In this document: piece after piece, positions 59,701 to 64,000 of the stretch
Layout of the letters: every line of letters starts with the position of its first letter
Position numbering within the stretch: the stretch's first letter is position 1
From: Macrostomum lignano
Lineage: Eukaryota
Direction of reading: 5' to 3'
Assembly: GCA_002269645.1 (NCBI GenBank)
Contig: NIVC01002451.1
Location: 1 to 64,000 of the forward strand
DNA length: 64,000 nucleotides
Notes under the pieces: model-generated
Database searches by the model: none
The model's input: only the letters and a program-made list of their open reading frames with translations
Told to the model about the DNA's origin: nothing
Program-made: the position numbers and the translations under genes

Positions 59701-61038
59701 TCATTTTGAAGAAATCAAATCTCACTGAGAGGGAGTCAAATCTCACTGAGAGGGAGTCAAATCTCACTGAAAGGGAGTCAAAGCTCACGAATAGGTAATG
59801 AAATCTCACAGAAGTGAATCAAATAGAAGGAATAAAATCCACTCACGCGCATCAGCAATGGGCTGTATGCTAGAATTGCCAAACAGTATATGCCTAGCGA
59901 TTTGGCCAAAGGCGGAGTTCAACTGTTTAACCGAATTGAAATCAACTGTCAAAGTCGCGCCCGGAGATTGCAGCTCCCGCTGCCTGCGCCACAGGTTAAT
60001 AAGCCAGTTATCTCGCCAGTTCCAAGCGGGCGGAGAGCCGGGCGGCCCGTAGATCAGCCGCAAGCCGGCCGCCTGCCAGCCGGGCTTGTGCATGCCGCCA
60101 ATCTCAATTTTGGCCAAGTGCGGGAAAGCCGATTGCAATGCGAACGGCAGCAGAGTGGAATGCTGATCAGGCAGAGAATCGTCAAGCAGCTGGTAGCACA
60201 GGTGCCAGGCTAGCAGGAATCGAGAGTTTCGCTTAGCCAAGTAAGCGGAGCTGCCAATGCCGCGGTCGTGCTGCAGGCCCAGCACGGTCTCGGCTGAACG
60301 AAGCGCCCGGCTAGCCGGCCGCATGGGCAGCACGTCAGTGTCCAGCCTGAGGCCGCCGAACAGTAGCACAGCCTCCAGGCCGATCAGATCCGATCGATGA
60401 CGCCAAGAGTTGATTGGCATATTGTACACAGATGCTGGAGGCTGGCGACGAGCCAGTACAACTGTGCGCTCCCAGACCGGCTCGGTGACATTGGCAATGA
60501 GATGAGACCAGTAGCCGCCACTCACAGGCTGCTGATGCCATAGAAACACGCGCAGCGGCTTAGCCAGGTGAAATGCGGCCAATAAGCTGAGCAGCTCGTG
60601 AAATTGCAGCTCAGCCCGACGGAATGGCAGCACATAGTGGATAATGTTGGGGGCCAGGCCCGGCTCCGTAGCGTTGGCTATGCTAGTCCGCAGCTGCTCA
60701 TAGTTCAACTGATGGCCTCCGGGTGTCTGCAGTTCAAGTTGACTCAACGTGAGCACGGGCTCCTTGGCGGTGAACAGCTGCTCGGCTAGGCGAGTATTAG
60801 CTCCGGCAAACTGTACAGCCACAGATCGAATAGTTTTCCAATTAGTCAGCGTGAAATTGCGCGCCTCGGACAGTTCAGACGGGCTAGTCCGGCCACCGTA
60901 ATCGTACTCGTACGAGTAGGACAGATTCAAGAATTTGCCAATGTTGCCGCTCCGGCTGGCGTATGCGAGCACCAGAGCGATGGTGACCAAGCATAGGATT
61001 GCCACTGCCCGGCGATAGAGCAGAGCTCGCTGCGTCAT
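56729..61038 (-). CDS. Type II membrane protein with two tandem GT32-like (DxD, Gly_transf_sug/alpha-1,4-glycosyltransferase-like) domains, 759 aa; exons 61038-59847, 59035-58506, 57286-56729
   Basis: Signal-anchor AVAILCLVTIALVLAYA. Domain 1: PNIIHYVLPF...HRSDLIGLEAVLLFGGLRLDTDV...ARHILFG. Domain 2: PNVAHYVLPF...HQADVIRMEAVLVLGGAYFDIDV...FRYVLYG. Donor C|GTGAGT (59847) and acceptor CTGGCAG|GA (59035) are both phase 1; AAG|GTATTG (58506) and CCGCAG|TCC (57286) are both phase 0. 1192+530+558=2280 nt =760 codons, no frameshift. Confidence 0.88.
57330..58415. repeat. Intronic minisatellite, 29-bp unit CCCATTCACTCAATAGCTTGCCCATTAGC, interrupted by a SINE
   Basis: Copies on both sides of 57890-58254. 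Confidence 0.95.
57890..58254 (+). mobile_element. tRNA-derived SINE, 365 bp, antisense in glycosyltransferase intron 2
   Basis: Pol III A-box TAGCCCAGCGG (57902-57912), B-box GGCTCGATTCC (57945-57955), 3' AATAAAAAAAA tail, and a 13-bp direct repeat TTGCCCATTAGCC at 57877-57889 and 58255-58267. The head does not fold into a proper cloverleaf. Confidence 0.85.
59085..59790. repeat. Intronic minisatellite, ~21-bp unit GAGGGAGTCAAATCTCACTGA
   Basis: About 32 copies filling glycosyltransferase intron 1. Confidence 0.96.
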
Positions 61039-61050
61039 TGGCCCCCCAGG

Positions 61051-61100
61051 CTGCGGATGGTCAAGTGCGCGGGCTAATTTGAATGGTTATTAATACTCAC
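61051..61100 (-). other. Probable 50-bp 5'UTR intron of the glycosyltransferase gene
   Basis: GAG|GTGAGTATT...CTTGACCATCCGCAG|CCTGGGGGGCCAATG. After splicing there is an in-frame TAA upstream of the ATG, supporting 61038 as the start. Confidence 0.6.
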
Positions 61101-61671
61101 CTCTTAGAAGACACTAAACTGGCTCTCTTGAGTAAGAGTCGTGTGAAACAAGAGCAGAAAGATGAAGTCTTTGAAGTCGTGAATGATAAAATTCCGGATT
61201 TTGTACAGCCTGCAAGAGAGTCAACAGACCTCCTACCCTCCCTACCTACCTACCCAATGGCAGTCTCTACCAAGGAGGCCCATTGTCTGGGCTAACACCG
61301 ACCCTCAAACTATTGGCGCGTGCACACCCATACACGCACAGCATAGCTACTGGAGAACCCAACCCTATTGGCTGTCGAGCTTGGCCCTAATTGAAGCTAG
61401 CTAAGCATAAAATCATTTTTATAAGTACAGCAGCGCGCAGCAATTCTACCCCTCTTCCCGTTGTGACTATCATCACCAAAAAGGTAATGGAATTGAATTC
61501 TAGCAGCTAGCTTTGACTGAGCCACTTGCCAGACGGGAAAATTCCTATTCAAACACATTAGTATTTGCTTTAATGACGAAGTGCTGGGAGGTTTATTACT
61601 AATAATCAAAAGTACTTTTAAAATTGTTACTTAGAAACTGCCTCAGTTAAATCACTTCAGTAGCTAATCAG

Positions 61672-62595
61672 GAACCATTCTAAGAGGGAATCAGGGATCA
61701 TTCTAAGAGGGAATCAGGGATCATTCTAAGAGGGAATCAGGGATCATTCTAAGAGGGAATCAGGGATCATTCTAAGAGGGAATCAGGGACCATTCTAAGA
61801 GGGAATCAGGGATCATTCTAAGAGGGAATCAGGGACCATTCTAAGAGGGAATCAGGGATCATTCTAAGAGGGAATCAGGGACCATTCTAAGAGGGAATCA
61901 GGGATCATTCTAAGAGGGAATCAGGACCATTCTAAGAGGGAATCAGGGATCATTCTAAGAGGGAATCAGGGATCATTCTAAGAGGGAATCAGGGACCATT
62001 CTAAGAGGGAATCAGGGATCATTCTAAGAGGGAATCAGGGATCATTCTAAGAGGGAATCAGGGATCATTCTAAGAGGGAATCAGGGACCATTCTAAGAGG
62101 GAATCAGGGATCATTCTAAGAGGGAATCAGGACCATTCTAAGAGGGAATCAGGGACCATTCTAAGAGGGAATCAGGGATCATTCTAAGAGGGAATCAGGG
62201 ATCATTCTAAGAGGGAATCAGGGATCATTCTAAGAGGGAATCAGGACCATTCTAAGAGGGAATCAGGGACCATTCTAAGAGGGAATCAGGGATCATTCTA
62301 AGAGGGAATCAGGACCATTCTAAGAGGGAATCAGGGACCATTCTAAGAGGGAATCAGGGACCATTCTAAGAGAGAATCATGAACCATTCCGAGGGAATCA
62401 GGGACCATTCTAAGAGGGAATCAGCATCAGGGACCATTCTAAGAGGGAATCAGCATCAGGGACCATTCTAAGAGGGAATCAGCATCAGGGACCATTCTAA
62501 GAGGGAATCAGCATCAGGGACCATTCTAAGAGGGAATCAGCATCAGGGACCATTCTAAGAGGGAATCAGCATCAGGGACCATTCTAAGAGGGAAT
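61672..62595. repeat. Minisatellite, 23-bp unit ATTCTAAGAGGGAATCAGGGAYC (29-bp variant with CATCAG insert at the right end)
   Basis: About 38 copies. Confidence 0.97.
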
Positions 62596-63349
62596 TAATG
62601 ACTGCTCTAAGAGAGCCGCCGGGAACATTCTAAGAAGAATCAGTGACTCATTTAGAAGGCAATCAGGGAGTCCAAAAGACCCTTCTAAGAGAGAATTCAG
62701 AGACAGTTAGTAATGGATTAGGACAATTTAAACACCACGGTACAAACACTACAACGGCAGAAAATTCTTAGTTGCTCGGAAGCATAAGTGTAAAACTCTC
62801 ACAGGCAGAGTAGAGGTACAGAAAAATTGCTAAGGTGGAATTTTCTAATCGTCTTAGATAGCAGGAGCAGCAGAAGCAGCAGAAAAATGTGTAAGTTATC
62901 CACACAGACCCAATATTTAGTCAGGTTGGAATTTCAGAAACGAGCCAGTCAGTGTTTTGCCCCACCCCAACACCCTAGCAACAGACCTGGGAAGTCACAG
63001 CTGCGAAATATCTGGCAAAAATATCCCCCCATCCACTCTTCTTTCCCTCTCCTCTCTGACGACTCTCCCACACTTGAGAGATCTGATCCCATAGACCCGA
63101 AGCCGGCTTGCTTTCTTGATCCAAGCGGTAGGGCTAGTAAGGAAGGACAGTAGAACAGGGGGGGGTTCCGGCAATATTCAGGGAATTAATACTTGATCTC
63201 CCGTGAACAAAAAAACTGGATGAGTCAACTCTAGGAATTCCTCGCTCTCTTGATAAAAAATGAATTTCTAACTAAGAAGAAATTCCTCACTGACTCAAAC
63301 GGAAATCCCCACTAACTTGGGTGGGAATTTCCCACTAACGCCAAGGGAA

Positions 63350-64000
63350 TTCCTGACTCACGCTGAAGGGGATTCCTGATTCACGCTGAAGAGAATTCCT
63401 CACTCACGCTGAAGAGAATTCCTCACTCACGCTGAAGATAATTCCTCACTCACGCTGAAGAGAATTCCTCACTCACGCTGAAGATAATTCCTCACTCACG
63501 CTGAAGAGAATTCCTCACTCACGCTGAAGAGAATTCCTCACTCACGCTGAAGAGAATTCCTCACTCACGCTGAAGAGAATTCCTCACTCACGCTGAAGAT
63601 AATTCCTCACTCACGCTGAAGAGAATTCCTCACTCACGCTGAAGAGAATTCCTCACTCACGCTGAAGAGAATTCCTCACTCACGCTGAAGAGAATTCCTC
63701 ACTCACGCTGAAGGGAATTCCTCACTCACGCTGAAGAGAATTCCTCACTCACGCTGAAGAGAATTCCTCACTCACGCTGAAGGGAATTCCTCACTCACGC
63801 TGAAGAGAATTCCTCACTCACGCTGAAGAGAATTCCTCACTCACGCTGAAGAGAATTCCTTACTCACGCTGAAGATAATTCCTCACTCACGCTGAAGGGA
63901 ATTCCTCACTCACGCTGAAGAGAATTCCTCACTCACGCTGAAGAGAATTCTTCACTCACGCTGAAGGGAATTCCTCACTCACGCTGAAGAGAATTCCTCA
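63350..64000. repeat. Minisatellite, 23-bp unit CTCACTCACGCTGAAGAGAATTC
   Basis: About 28 copies; runs off the window end. Confidence 0.97.

Noticed and set aside
59806-59846. C-terminal tail REWILFLLFDSLL* of the 410-aa ORF
   Set aside because: Read-through into intron 1 past a GTGAGT donor; it could at most be an unspliced short isoform.

Overview
Eukaryotic (animal) genomic DNA, not prokaryotic: spliced GT-AG genes, GC-rich exons with Ala/Gln/Ser runs, and about half the window made of roughly 30 distinct mini- and microsatellite arrays. The style suggests the flatworm Macrostomum lignano, which is an inference and not proven. Four protein-coding loci are supported. (1) The last coding exon of a DAB2IP/SynGAP/RASAL2-type RasGAP (+, 398-1992). 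(2) An intact 4-exon CFAP20/BUG22 (-, 7413-5996). (3) A single-exon neprilysin/M13-family gene whose HExxH zinc motif is replaced by YELAS (-, 22358-20114); its 3' end is duplicated by a ~5 kb tandem duplication with a GCG microhomology junction. (4) A 3-coding-exon gene (-, 61038-56729) that the ORF track shows as three separate ORFs. These splice in phase into one 759-aa type II membrane protein with two tandem GT32/DxD glycosyltransferase domains, the first carrying degenerate motifs; this is the most interesting item in the window. Mobile DNA comprises an internally deleted DD37E Tc1/mariner-superfamily element with TIRs and TA TSD, a tRNA-derived SINE with a 13-bp TSD, and a probable hAT MITE. 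The frameshifts in the RasGAP and M13 genes all behave as single missing bases and look like long-read consensus errors. The ~1.8 kb repeated on both sides of the N gap looks like an unmerged contig overlap. The long repetitive ORFs in the ORF track are satellite artefacts.
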